From the NCBI RefSeq assembly GCF_006345805.1, contig NC_043001.1, positions 67,208,001 to 67,272,000 of the forward strand: DNA of 64,000 nt. The letters run 5' to 3'. The notes under the pieces were generated by a model that was not told the origin of the DNA, did not search any database, and was given only the letters and a program-made list of their open reading frames with translations. The position numbers and the translations under genes are program-made. This document shows, piece after piece, positions 1 to 12,085 of the stretch. Numbering within the stretch: the stretch's first letter is position 1; each line of letters begins with the position of its first letter. Origin of the DNA: Octopus sinensis. Lineage: Eukaryota.

Positions 1-38
1 ATGTATGTTTGTTCACATTTATACACACATAGATGCAT

Positions 39-78
<40 letters not shown>
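39..78. repeat. (CA)n microsatellite
   Basis: Direct reading; it produces the spurious THTHTH ORF at 5..220. Confidence 0.95.
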
Positions 79-79
<1 letters not shown>

Positions 80-367
80 ATTACTATTACAAACCTGTTA
101 TCTTTAAGAGAGCATTATAGAAGTGACATTGTTCTGTTTGTAGGAAATTATGAACCAAAGAAGCCACAATTTAATAGTTCAACTTGCCAGAAATATCAGC
201 CAAAGTCTTTTAAATCATAAACAACAGCTTTGAAAAAGGAAGGACATATTTTATAGAGCAGTTTTCAGTCATACATATACACAAAACCTGAATAATTATT
301 TCAGAATGAATTTAATTTGTATTTATTTAATTCACTGAAAATTGTTTCAATTTCCTAAACATGGAGC

Positions 368-495
368 AGGCAAGGATATGTGGTAAGAAGTTTGCTGCCC
401 AAACACATGGTTTCAGGTTCAGCCCCACAGCATAGCACCTTGTGTAAGCATCTTCTGCTAAAGCCTTATTAGTGGATTTGGTAGATAGAATATGA
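368..495 (+). mobile_element. tRNA-derived SINE family A, degraded copy (others at about 10108-10172 +, 15590-15752 +, 54165-54320 -, 56030-56095 -)
   Basis: Recurring head TGTGGTAAGAAG..CCCAACCACATGGTTCCAGGTTCAG (A/B-box-like) and body CCTTGTGAGTGGATTTGGTAGA..GGAAACTGAAAGAAG in several dispersed copies. Confidence 0.7.
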
Positions 496-1091
496 ATGGC
501 CATGGGATTGCACCTAGAAAGTTACCTTCTGAGGCACAAGTCTGGATAGGATTGTTTATGGAAGACCAGCAGTCACCCATGCATACCATGCCATCAATGT
601 TATTCAAGGGAAAGACAAAGGTCAGTACAGCTTGTCACTAGTGACGCCACAACTCATTTCTACAGCTGAGTGAACTGGAGCAACATAAAACAAAGTGTCT
701 TGCTCAAGAACACACACATATATATATATACATACATATGGGCATAACGATACACATATATGCAACTACCTTTATATACATACATGTTTAGAAAGAAACA
801 TTACAGTACTATTTCTAACATGTTGAGCAACCATGTGAAAACTCCTTTCTTGAAATTATAACAACAACACTTATTAAAGAAACATCCCTCCACACATTTT
901 AATCTGTGTGGTTGACATTCCTTTGTGTTCTTCAAAGGTCTACAATTAAAGGATAGTGAGCCTGTTTCTGACACAGTGGAGGTTTTCCATGTTATGAGTT
1001 GGTCCCTTACAGGTTCCTGTAATGAGTGTGGAGTATGTATGGTTTAGGCATCTTGTTAACATTTATGTTGTTTATCCAATTGGACAGGGTG

Positions 1092-1348
1092 TTAACTTCA
1101 CAACCATTGTGTTCAGCAATACAAAACCTTAAGATCAGAACTACAGTGTGCAATAGTACAGGGCCCTAACCTCAGAACCATTGTATCTAATAGTTCAGGG
1201 CCTTAGCCTTACAATCAGTCAATCACCAGAGTACAAGATGTTAACTTCATAACCAGTGTATAAGTAGGAGTACAAGACTTTAACCTATCAACTAGCATAT
1301 AATCAGGAGTATAAGATGATAACCTTGCAACTAGTGTACCAATCATGC
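1092..1348. repeat. Degenerate minisatellite, 37-39 bp unit, about 7 copies
   Basis: Units start TTAAC/CTAAC/TTAGC/ATAAC at 1092, 1129, 1166, 1203, 1241, 1280 and 1319, sharing AACYA..GT and AGTACAAG/AGTACAGG motifs. Confidence 0.65.
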
Positions 1349-1989
1349 AAAGAGAACCTTCTCTTCATTTAATTCTAATAAACTTCTACAATTGTTATTT
1401 AATGAAAATATGTCAGAAAGATAATAGATTATTTATTAATTTAAATATAATAATTATGTAATATAAAGAGAAACAATGAAATACTTCGAAATTATCATTT
1501 ATTCATTTCTCATTAGCAGTTACATTAAATTAACACTGGATATATTTATTTCAACACAAAACAGATGTTTGCATTTCTGAAACTCATTTCTGTAATTTTA
1601 TAGTTATGGAACTAACTTGTCATAAATGTATGTAAAATCAGACACACACACACACATGCATGAATTCATGTATGTGTGTGTATGTATGTGCATGTGTGTG
1701 TATATGTATATGCATGTATATGTGTATGTATATATGCATTTCTGTGTGTTTTATTTAAGTTCTTTACAGAATTCCAACCAATCACTAACAATGTGACATG
1801 GCTCTTTTGTTTAAATCAAAGCAGTTCCTGGAATTTGTGAATATGTGAATGTGTTAGTGGGTGTATATGTAAGTGAGTACTACATGGGTCAACTATGCGG
1901 AAAAGGAATAGGTAGGAACACCCAGTGTAAACTGTGGATGCACCACAGGGATAACAGAAAATAAACTTCACTTGCAGCAGACATCCAGT

Positions 1990-2600
1990 AATAAGTAAGA
2001 GACTACTTTGAGAGAGAACTGCTTAGGCATTGGATCAGACTTTATATTGGTGATTCCACAACTACTAAAGGTGACTTAGCTGGGGCATGGGTGTTTTGAG
2101 AATACAGAGGTGAGAATAAGAACTCAGAAAAATGTTCACGGAGATATCTCCACTTGCAACAAAGAGGTTCTCCTTCAGAGTAAAGGGCAGATTGTATAAT
2201 CTTGTGTATGAGGTGTGATGCTGCATGAGAGTGAGACAATGGCCTTGAATGCAAGGGATCTGCAAAGGGTAGAAAGAAGCAAAGCAAACATGCTTCACAA
2301 GATGTGTAATACTAATGTGTATGAATGATAGTGAACAAATGAGCTGGGACAAAAACTGGGTATAAGAGGATCAGATGTAGTGTGCAAGAGAGAAGACAGT
2401 CTTTATACGAACATGCATGGGAAAGGACAGCTGTATAAAAAAGCACTGTGTGCTGAAACTAAATGAAACATGTAAAAGAGAGATTGAGGAAGACTTGAGA
2501 TGAAGTGATGAAGGCAGTTCTAGAGTTTTTATCCCCTACAAAAGAAATGACAAAGGACCCTGTCGATTGGTGGCATATAGTGAGAGAGAAGACCCACCTA
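1990..2600 (+). mobile_element. RTE-clade LINE ORF2 C-terminal fragment, degraded
   Basis: Disrupted translation PLATKRFSFRVKGRLY..(HESET)..RREKLGIR aligns to the better-preserved RTE copy at 37.6-38.0 kb. Confidence 0.8.
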
Positions 2601-3024
2601 TCTAAGCTTAGCAAAATGGACACTAAAATTATGTATATTTGTAAATATCCAGGCATGTATCACTAGACATATATATAAATGTGCATGTATGGGTGTGTAT
2701 GCATGTGTGTATACATGTGTGTTTATTGTTAAGTCTACATCATATTTGATAGCCTCATAATTCCATTACCATTCACTCTACAAATATTATCCCCTATGTT
2801 TCCATCCATCACATTACATATCCTTGCCACTCATCTGTTCATTGCTCATACCATTGTCACCCATGCCTCTTGCCCATGCCTCTATCTCTCATACTTTTCA
2901 CATCCATGTCCCTATAGCACATCCCTCAATTGCTTACTCCTCTTATCAATTTCCACTATACTATGCTTCCAAGGGTGACAGTAGAGCTCCTCTGCCCACC
3001 ATACATTATTATCAATATATTTAA

Positions 3025-3248
3025 CCCTTTAGCATTTAGACTGGCCATATCTGGCCCCCAAAATCTATTCTTTTTATGTTCAAACTGACTAGATCTAGCC
3101 TCTGACACCTAACCTACAACATCATTCTAAAAATAAACAATCACATCATAAAAATCTTGAAGTTACAAGATAATGCCTGATTAATTCTAAACAATGTGAA
3201 TAAATAAATAAACATTACATTTGACAGAATAATCTAAATGCTAAAAGG
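3025..3248. mobile_element. piggyBac-type MITE
   Basis: TTAA on both sides (3021-3024, 3249-3252); 16-bp TIRs CCCTTTAGCATTTAGA versus CCTTTTAGCATTTAGA (15/16). Confidence 0.8.
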
Positions 3249-3388
3249 TTAAGGATGCCACTGCACCTACTCTGACCCTGTCACCAACACTCTTTTATAC
3301 CATTTACTGATACAGGATGCACCTACTCTCTATTCTTCCTATCACCACTTTCATCACTGAATCCTATCTTGAAGCCTATATATATATA

Positions 3389-4262
3389 TATTGGTGAAAA
3401 TAAATTTAAGACCGATGATAAAAGTTCTATTTCTTACAAAATATTTTGTTACTAACACCATAAAAATTATTTTCATCTTTTACACCTTATGCAGAATTTA
3501 TTTCTCTTTTGAATGATGCAGACAATAACTATTTTTATACAACTTGAAGAATACTAATGCTAAATTAATATAAACGTTTCAAATTTACCGGCAAAATTAG
3601 TTTAAGACCGTATCATTATAATTTTATTTAAAGCTTAAGACTGTAGCTAAAATGAGCAACAAGAACGAAATAATATTAGTACTTTGTGCCGTAACCTTTA
3701 TTCTTAATAACGGCTTAACAACGCCTCAGCATTGAATTCGCTAAGTGATTATATAATTCTGTGGGAATGTTTTGCCATATTTCATTGATATAATCGAATA
3801 ATTGTTTTAGATTAGATGGGTTTTTTTTAGCATGGGCTTTTTTGGAAACATAATTCCACAAGTTCTTGATTAGATTCAGGTCCGGGCTCTGGAGAGGCCA
3901 TTCGATTACGTCAGTATTATGGTGATCAAAAAATTCCATAACCTTTTTGACTTTGTGTACAGGACTATTGTCCTGCTGATAAATAGCCCCCGGAGGCATT
4001 TGACGAGTCAAATATGGCACAACATTATTCTTTAGTAGATTCATATAACCTACACTATTTAGCTTTCCATCGACTTTAACTAGAGGACCAACACCAAAGC
4101 TACTAAATGCCCACCCCCGCTTGCACCATCATTTTCATGCATTTCAGATGAAATTCCTTGGATGGGCGACGTCTGACGTATGTTTTACCATCTGATCCAA
4201 ATATACAGAAGTGTGACTCATCACTCCAAAGGACCCAGCACCAAAGATGGAGGTGGAAATAA
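3389..4262 (-). mobile_element. Tc1-family DNA transposon, truncated, with transposase pseudogene
   Basis: ORF 3715-4044 contains QQDNSPVH, WPLQSPDLNLIKNLW; upstream disrupted frame reads WSDESHFCIFGSDGKTYVRR; one end sits next to a TA run. Confidence 0.9.
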
Positions 4263-4284
4263 CATGGAGGTAAATCTAAGACAT

Positions 4285-4545
4285 ATATACATACATATTA
4301 TATACACCTGTTCATATACATAACATTATATACACTTGTTCATGTACATAACATTATATACACCAGTTCATATAGATAACATTATATACACTGGTTCATA
4401 TACATAACATTATATACACCGGTTCATAAAATTAACATTAGATACACCAGTTCATATTGATAACGTTATATACACCGGTTCATATACATAACATTATATA
4501 CACCAGTTCACATATATAACATTATATACACCTGTTCATATATAT
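4285..4545. repeat. 28-bp tandem minisatellite, about 9 copies
   Basis: Unit CATATACATAACATTATATACACCGGTT recurs at 4313, 4341, 4369, 4397, 4425, 4453, 4481, 4509 and 4537. Confidence 0.95.
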
Positions 4546-4554
4546 ACACACATA

Positions 4555-5460
4555 TGCCTGTTCGTAGACGAATTACGGTTAAAAATTAGGGTCAGAGAGT
4601 GCCAGAATCAACTTTATTGGCCTTTTTGGTTTTAGAACCCCAAAACTATAGTTTTTTTTTTTTTTTTGTTTTTTTTTTTTGCTTAGAGTTAAAAATTGCT
4701 GATTTTATAGTTTTAAATTTCAAAGGACCTAAAAAAGGCTGATTTCATAGCTTTGGCCCTGTTTTAGGTTTTTAAAGGCTTTTAGAGCCAGAAAAGTGTT
4801 AAAAAAAAAACCTCAAATGAAACACAAATGGTATTAAATGAAAAAAAGCTGCTTGATAAAGTGGCCGTAAAAAAATGAAAAATATGATATATACATAATT
4901 TTATCTTTCCTCTATTTCTATTCCATTTTGTTAACTTGATTCATGCTGCCCTTCATGAAAATTAACATACTATAATTTTCATTAGACAAGGATGATCTCT
5001 TGGCACTCAATATGTCCTTGCCCATGGTAAATAAACGTTCAATTGCAGCACTGGAAGGGATGGCTGTGTTGAACTTGATGAAGAAGTCCACCAACACTTG
5101 CTCACTCAAGGCAGCATCTGTCAGTAGATCTTTGGAGTTGGTCTCCAACTAGGTCTTTACTAAATTCTGGGCCTTGTCCTTCAGTGACCTGAGGCTTCTG
5201 CTCTCTTTTTGTTGGGTGACACCACTGAAGAAGTCATCTCCCACCTCTTCGTTGTTGCTGCCTCCACTGCTGCTGTTCACTTCTTCAGACTGCTGCCTCA
5301 TAGTCTCCTCAACCATATCCTCCATGCTTCTCCTCACCTTGGTGAACTTGGTGGACCTATCCAAATAGATGAGGTGAACCTTGGGGTAGAAGGTAGCAGC
5401 CAGTTGGCATTCTTCATCATCCAGGAGGATCGCACATCTTTTGTCGATGCTTGATTTACG
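4555..5460 (-). mobile_element. hAT transposon 3' part, transposase pseudogene
   Basis: ORFs 5149-5496 and 4918-5148 are in one frame, split by a single TAG (probably TGG); C-terminal FNTAIPSSAAIERLFT matches the hAT dimerization motif. Confidence 0.85.
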
Positions 5461-6080
5461 TATATGTGTATATGACAAAGAGTTAAAGTGGAGCACCTAC
5501 TTTCAATACCACAAGAGGTTGACTGGTACCTTATGACTGTCCTATCCACACCTACCCCATTCCCCCTTGTTTCCTAGGGCCTACCTCTGAAGACTTTGTG
5601 GTATTAGAGGGAAAGTGTAAACATTGAGTAGCATATGCATATATACTTACACCGGCTTTCTCTAACATATGCAAAGACCCACTGCCTCCAGGCAAGTGTC
5701 GGTCAAGAGCATAGCTATAACTTCTTCTGGATAGGGAGGAGTAGTGATGGAGTAGATGGTGTACGTATACTTTTGGCAGAGAAGTGAATAGATAAAGGGA
5801 TCAAAGTAGTCATGGTATGAGATCAAGTTCAGAATAGGCATGGAAATGTAATAGTGACATTTAGCTCTGAATTTGTTCCACATGCTGGACTAGCAGATGA
5901 ACACTTCTGCAAACTACCTCAAACAATAAAGGATAATGACCTTATTATCATAGCTGGTGACTTCAGCAAGGAATGAATATGGCTCCTGGCGTTCTGTGAA
6001 GCAAATGACTTACTGGTCTGCAACACTAACTTCAGGAAATCAGCCAGCCAGTCATCTAATCATTTATCAGTCTGGTGTAG

Positions 6081-7400
6081 GGCTCGCAAAAAACCGATAA
6101 TTCCCAAAACTGAGTTCAAGCGTAAGTAATTCTCAAAACCGGTTTTCATGGGTACTACTTAAGAAGAGTGGTCCCAGTGCGCGCACTTGCGCATCCGCGC
6201 TAGCTAGTAGTGACTAGTTGATCCTTACTTTGTGTTTTTGTGTTTTATTTACTTTGTTTTAAAAAAATTATTTACTTTGTGTAAAAAAATTATTTATTTT
6301 GTGTTTTATTTACTTTGCTAGGTAGTCGTTATAGGATCGACTAGTCACGACTAGCTAGCGCAGATGTGCGAGTACGCGAGTGTGCGCACCGGGACCACTC
6401 TTCTTAAATAGTACCCGAATTCTTTAGAGATTTCAAATCCATCTGTTACCATCTTGGGCTCTTCATTCATTTTCTTCATTGCACTTGTGTATTCATGAAT
6501 GAGTCCATTACCTTCATAAGTAGATGGGACAACAGTAACACTTGTTTTTAGGTTCCCTCCTATTTCATTTTCTTTGTATAATTCTGTTGTGTTCTCAGCA
6601 TGATGTTTAGGAAATAATCTCCTATATGTTTGTTCAGCATACTTCCTTAAATGTTGTTTCGTTAAAAAATAGAAAAGGTCCAGAAATTGACTCACCTTTA
6701 AATTTCTTTGGGTTATGTAAATACCTCAAGGGAGTCAAGGTTTCAACATTTCTTCTGTTATTATATCTATGCATAAGTCTTTCACAAAGATTTAGAGCCA
6801 AAGGGTTGCCGACGATATTAAGTTTATTCAATAAAAATTCTATAGAATATTCCGCTTTCAGTAAACCTGTATCATCAGCGCAAATAGCCTTCAAAATAAT
6901 TTCTACTGAATGCAGAATTTCATATAGTAAATTGAGAGATTTCCATTCTTCATCAGCGATGGCATCTGTGGAAAGTTCTGCTCGTAGAGCATTTGGAATG
7001 CAGCTTTTCAGTTTCAAAAATCTCTCAATCATATGGAATGTGCTATTCTACCAAGTTCTGCAATCCAGTATAAGCTTATATTCTCTGTTATCAAAGTTCG
7101 CTCGTACAAAATCTTGCAAAATTTCATTTTTTAATAGGAGATTTATGGAAAAGTTTTGAAATTTTTCTTACCTTATTTAAAACTTTGTTAAATTCAGGTT
7201 TTAGCTGGGGAAAACAAGCATTTTCATGAGCTAAATCTGTTCGACAAAGTATGTCTTGGCTTATGTCAGCTTCATCATCACTATCGTCTGTTATGGCGAT
7301 CACTATTGTCTATTATGGCGATCACTATCTTCTGTTATAGCGATCTCTTCACTTTTTTTATCAAAAAATTTAGTGTTACTTCTTTGAAATGAATCTGGAA
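6081..7400 (-). mobile_element. Second hAT transposon fragment, nested in the RTE
   Basis: Minus frame KVRKISKLFHKSP..LILDCRTW*NSTFHMIERFLKLK (hAT TRWNS motif) continues into ORF 6634-7032; terminus starts TAGGG at about 6082; the catalytic C-terminus is missing. Confidence 0.8.
6150..6416. mobile_element. MITE-like foldback element with about 75-85 bp CpG-rich TIRs, nested in the hAT
   Basis: GGGTACTACTTAAGAAGAGTGGTCCC..GATCCT (6150-6225) is the inverted copy of 6332-6416; AT-rich core with internal repeats; no TSD visible. Confidence 0.85.
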
Positions 7401-10400
7401 CTGGTCATTACATATGCTCAATGGGAAAGATCACCCAACTGAAGACTAACAGCATCCCCTTGACTTGCTATGAATAAACTCAGTTACCTGAAAATTCGAA
7501 GAGTCAGCCAGGGGTTAGCAAAGGAGATGACAAGGTGCTGATCTAAGGTTCAAGGGGAAAGAAGGTGAGAATTGATATGTTGCGATATGTTTCAATGAAA
7601 CAGACAGCACTCTCAACTAAAGGTTGAGTGGAATGGTGAGGCAGATAGGGCCATAAAAGTAAAGAGACAGGCTTGGAAAGATTGGAGAAATGGAGGTAGC
7701 AAAGAGCTATATCAGGTAGCCAAGTGGGAAGCTAAGCAATATATTTATCTAGCAAGGGCAGAAACAGAAAGGAAGAGGGTTGTCAATGTCTTGCAGTATG
7801 AAGATCAGAAACTTGAGGTGTTCCAGATTGCTAGACAGTGTGTCAGACAGAATCGAGATATTTTGGGAGAGAAGTGTACAGATGGATAATGGCCAGGTTA
7901 TTCAGGAAGGTATCATCCCCAATGACTTATGTAGCAGTATTATAGTCAGCTGATACACGAGTAAGAGAGACAGAAGTAAAATTGCATCAAATTGCTGGAC
8001 CAGGTCATGAAAGATATAGAAAGAGTTATAATCCAGTTAACTAGGAACAGAATCAGAATAGATGAAATGCAGTTTAGCTTTGCCCCAGGAAGAAGCACTA
8101 CTGACACTGTCTTTATACTCAGTTGACTGCCGGAGTAGTATATGGCAAAGAATAAGCCAGGGTTTTTGGCATTTGTTGACTTGGAGAAACCTAGCTGTGT
8201 GATATAGTGGGTTTTGATGCACAGGAGCCCTAAAGTCGACAGATTCACAGGAAATTGATTTTCTCAAACACCCCCAGATGCTTCTAGAAACAGTATATAA
8301 TTTCTGCTATCTAGGGAACATAATTAGCAGTGGAAGAGGATGTACAAAAAGTGCAATTGCTAAATTAAGAATAGGATGGGGAAAATTCAGAGAGCATTTA
8401 CCTCTGTTGGCAGCCAAAGGTCTCTCTCTTTCTCTCTCTCTCTCTCTTTGAGTGAAAGGGAGATTGTATGATGCATGTGCATGAACTGCTATGCTACATG
8501 GTAGTGAGATATAAGCCGTAAATGTAGAGGACATGCAAAGACTAGAGAGTAATGAAATTAATGTGCCCCATTGGATGTTCAATGTTAGAGTATATGTGTA
8601 ACAAAGAGCTAGTATATTGAGGGAAAAGTTGGGCATAAAAGGAACCCTTGAGCTCTAGCCTCTCCTATATTTCACTTCATCATTTGCCACAGTCACATGT
8701 CTTGCCTATTCGCCCAATCTAAATTTCTGTATAACCTCATTTATTGTCACCACCCCAAATGTCCCTCAAGGACATATCTTGACACATCTTCGCCACCATC
8801 TCTCACACTATCACTATCTTTATCTTATTCTCTAACTCACCCATTCCATTCTTTTCCAATAGCAAGACATCTACTCTTGTCCCTCTAAACCTTTACTCTC
8901 AAATCAACTGGCACAAAGCCACCCCATCTCAATACTAATCCCCCCTTCACTGCTGAGAGGTCTTGCAAGCTTCTGGTGTGACTCCTAGCCTTACCAGCAC
9001 CCATCAACAACCAAACTATCCAACTCATGCCAGCATGGAAAATGGGCATTAAATGTTGTTGTTGTTGATGATAATGATGATGATGGTGTGTGTGTGTCAG
9101 TGCCAAGCAGTGTTTAGGTATAGGTGAACTTCAGGTTAGTTAAAATATGTTTTAATAGTGAAGCTGAAATCTGTAACAAACATATTTTAACTAACCAAAA
9201 GTTCACTTATGTGTATATCTTACATATTAAAACTGAAAATGTCTGTGTGTGTGTGAGTTTGTATCGATATGTCCTCGTTTTGTGCCAAAATGGCTTGACC
9301 GATTTTTCTTAAACTTCACACGCACATTGCTTATGTGTCTGGGGAGGTTTTAAGTATAAATTGATTTCAAAAAATGTTCAGGTAAAAGGTGGGAGAAATA
9401 ACATTTGGGTGTGAGTGAACGGTGAGAGTAAACGTTTTAAGCTTCCAAGGGAAATAACCCATTCATTTTCATTTTTAGTATGCTTATTTCTTAGTATTTG
9501 AACTATTTTAGTTATTTTCCCAATTTATCCAGTACAAGGCTTAAACAAGTTAATAGTATTCTCCTAAACAATAGATCCACTTATTTCAATTAGTGACTTA
9601 TTCACGAATATACCAACACTAGCGCTGCTGAGGGTAATATTCTCTGGGAACGCACAAAAGCTTTTTTTCAGTTAATTACTTTGAATTGTTATTATCTCAT
9701 ATCTGATGAGCCTGTTATTATGTAACATGTTTCACGATTTTAGTATACATACCATAATAGTATTTCCTCCTAAAATCTATATACTCTGGGAATGTATTAA
9801 AGCCCTTTACAGGGCTACTTTATTTGAATTCTTACTATAGGGTAACTAATTTCATGTCATTACATAACTGACTTCACAATTTGGGTATTCATAATGTATA
9901 GGGAATTCCTAAGAACAAGATCCTTTGTAAGACAGTTCGGTATTCTCAATAAATACACAAAAACCATTTTAAGGGCTACATACTTTGTATTGTTGTTACT
10001 GGATTAGTGAAACAATTATGAGAATGGAACCAAGGGATAAGCCAGCTTTCCTGGGAATTACTAGTTATGTCAGGTACTATATATATATTTATATAGACGC
10101 TTATTATAGCCTTAGGGCGACCCAAACCTTGTGAGTGGATTTCGTACTCGGAAACTGAAAGAAGACTGTCGTATATATGTGTATGTATGTGCGTGTCTTG
10201 TGTTTGTACCTCCACCATTGCTTGACAACTGATGTTGCTGTATTTACATTCCCATAACTTAGCAGTTTGGTAAAAGACACAGAATAAGTACTAGGCTTAC
10301 AAAGAATAAATCCTGTGGTTGATTTCTTCAACCAATGGTGGGGCTCCAGCATAGCCACAGTCACATGACTGAAACAAGTAAAACAATAAAAATCTATGCC

Positions 10401-10457
10401 ATTTTAATCCTGAGCAAGGCCGGGTATCTCTCCTACTTTCTAAGTGTATCTTTACAG

Positions 10458-10493
<36 letters not shown>

Positions 10494-11115
10494 TTATATA
10501 TATCTCCACATCTCCTTTTGTAGCAAGATATGCATCTTTGAAACTTTAATGTAAAACTGTGTTACACTTTCTGTCTAAATTGGAGTTCATAATTAGTTTT
10601 GGTTAGAAGTCATGATTAATTAAACTGTTGTCTTAATTAGTATGGGAGTATGGGTATCAGCACTTATTATTATTATTGTTGTTGTTGTTGTTGTATGTTG
10701 AAGTGTATGAACATTTTTCAAAGCAGCTCCATGAAATTTATTATAATTCTTTTAATGAAGGACAAGATTTCATTTTTATGTTTTTTTTTTCATTTTGTGA
10801 ACAAGAAACAAAATGTTTGGACATCTCCTCCACTACATGGGAGACATCTACCCCAATACCTGAGAGACATCTACCCCAACATTGTTGCTTACTAGTTATT
10901 CAAGATGAGTTCATCTCAGGTAGTAGTAAGAGGTTCTAGCTACAAGCATAGTAACAGTGAATATGCTTCTAACAAATTAGATAGAAACTTTGAAAGCAAT
11001 AAAACAAAATCAGAAGGAAATAGACAAAGAAAAGAAAAGTATATGAATGCATCACAACAGAGACAGTAAAATATTTCAATAGATGTGACAAACCTTTACA
11101 GTTTAAACATTATAT

Positions 11116-11167
<52 letters not shown>

Positions 11168-11529
11168 TTATACACAAACAATATTTCCAATAACATTAAT
11201 GGCAATAGCAGCAGTTTTGTTAGAATTACCAATCATAGGGAGGTACTCAATGTAGACCAGTTGTGAGAAAAGTACAAGGAAAGTGTTACAAAGTATTTCT
11301 TTGCCTGGAGTAAGGAAGTAAGAGGAGAGTAACAACTGTTCTTCTGAAAATGGAGAAAGCTTTCCTAATCCAAAGAGAAATAGTTTGCAGAAAACTTGTC
11401 CAGTATAGATTCCATGAACTGAACTGAGAAATAAGTGTTCAAGTTGGTGCACTGCACACATATGCTTAAGGGTGGGGTCACAAAATATCAGGAGTTGAAA
11501 GTCAAAGATCACAACCAGGAACTTTTTTA

Positions 11530-11838
11530 ATGATATTATTTACATTTGACAATATTTGTCCTCATTCTGTTTGTTGTTAACACAAAGTTTCGGCTGATAT
11601 GTGCCTGTGGGTATATGGCGTAGAGGTTAAAAGTGCAGGCTCCTAACCCCAAGATTCCGAGTTCGATTCCAGGTAGTGACCTAAAGAATAATAATAACAA
11701 TAACATGGAAAAATACCTTAGGAATGAGAACCCAGGTTCGAAATTTCACCATGACACCTGCTGAAGGCTGGAGGGTATATCAGTCGAAATGTGCAAACAA
11801 CAAACAAGATGAGGACAAATAACCGTCAAATGTAAATA
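11530..11838 (+). mobile_element. Penelope-like (Poseidon-type) pLTR with tRNA-derived head and degraded HHR, preceded by an inverted partial pLTR (11530-11600)
   Basis: A box TGGCGTAGAGG and B box GAGTTCGATTCC (11609-11681); HHR-like GACAC CTGCTGA A GGCTG..CAGTC GAAAT (11753-11794); 11530-11600 is the reverse complement of the pLTR 3' part. Confidence 0.75.
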
Positions 11839-11846
11839 ATATACAT

Positions 11847-11915
11847 ATATATACACGTGTACATATATATATATATACACACACGTGTACATATACATAT
11901 ATATATATACACACG

Positions 11916-11951
<36 letters not shown>

Positions 11952-12085
11952 TATATACATATATATATACACATGTATATATATACATATATATATACAC
12001 ATGTATATATATATATACACACATATATATACACACGTATACATATATATATGTACATATATATACACATGTGTATATATATATA
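11847..12085. repeat. Compound (TA/CA/TG)n microsatellite
   Basis: Direct reading; explains the Y/I/H-rich ORFs in all six frames. Confidence 0.95.

Larger units (their letters stand above)
5925..8642 (+). mobile_element. RTE-clade LINE remnant (APE end 5925-6080, linker/RT 7405-8642), split by a hAT insertion
   Basis: Disrupted translations IIAGDF, NTNFRK..HLIIYQSG, then IKLLDQVMK..EMQFSFAPGRSTTD..FVDLEK and RIGWGKFRE.LPLL..KG..VKGRLYDAC. Confidence 0.85.

Noticed and set aside
6626-7159. 177-aa plus-strand ORF as a host gene
   Set aside because: It is the antisense shadow of the hAT transposase fragment.
9700-9740. CTGATGAG followed by a small hairpin as a hammerhead
   Set aside because: The hairpin is followed by TTTCAC rather than GAAA, and stem I cannot form; the motif order is wrong on both strands.
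11609-11681. Functional tRNA gene
   Set aside because: Acceptor stem does not pair well, the Ser-type variable arm is absent, no oligo-T terminator follows, and it is embedded in a repeated pLTR.
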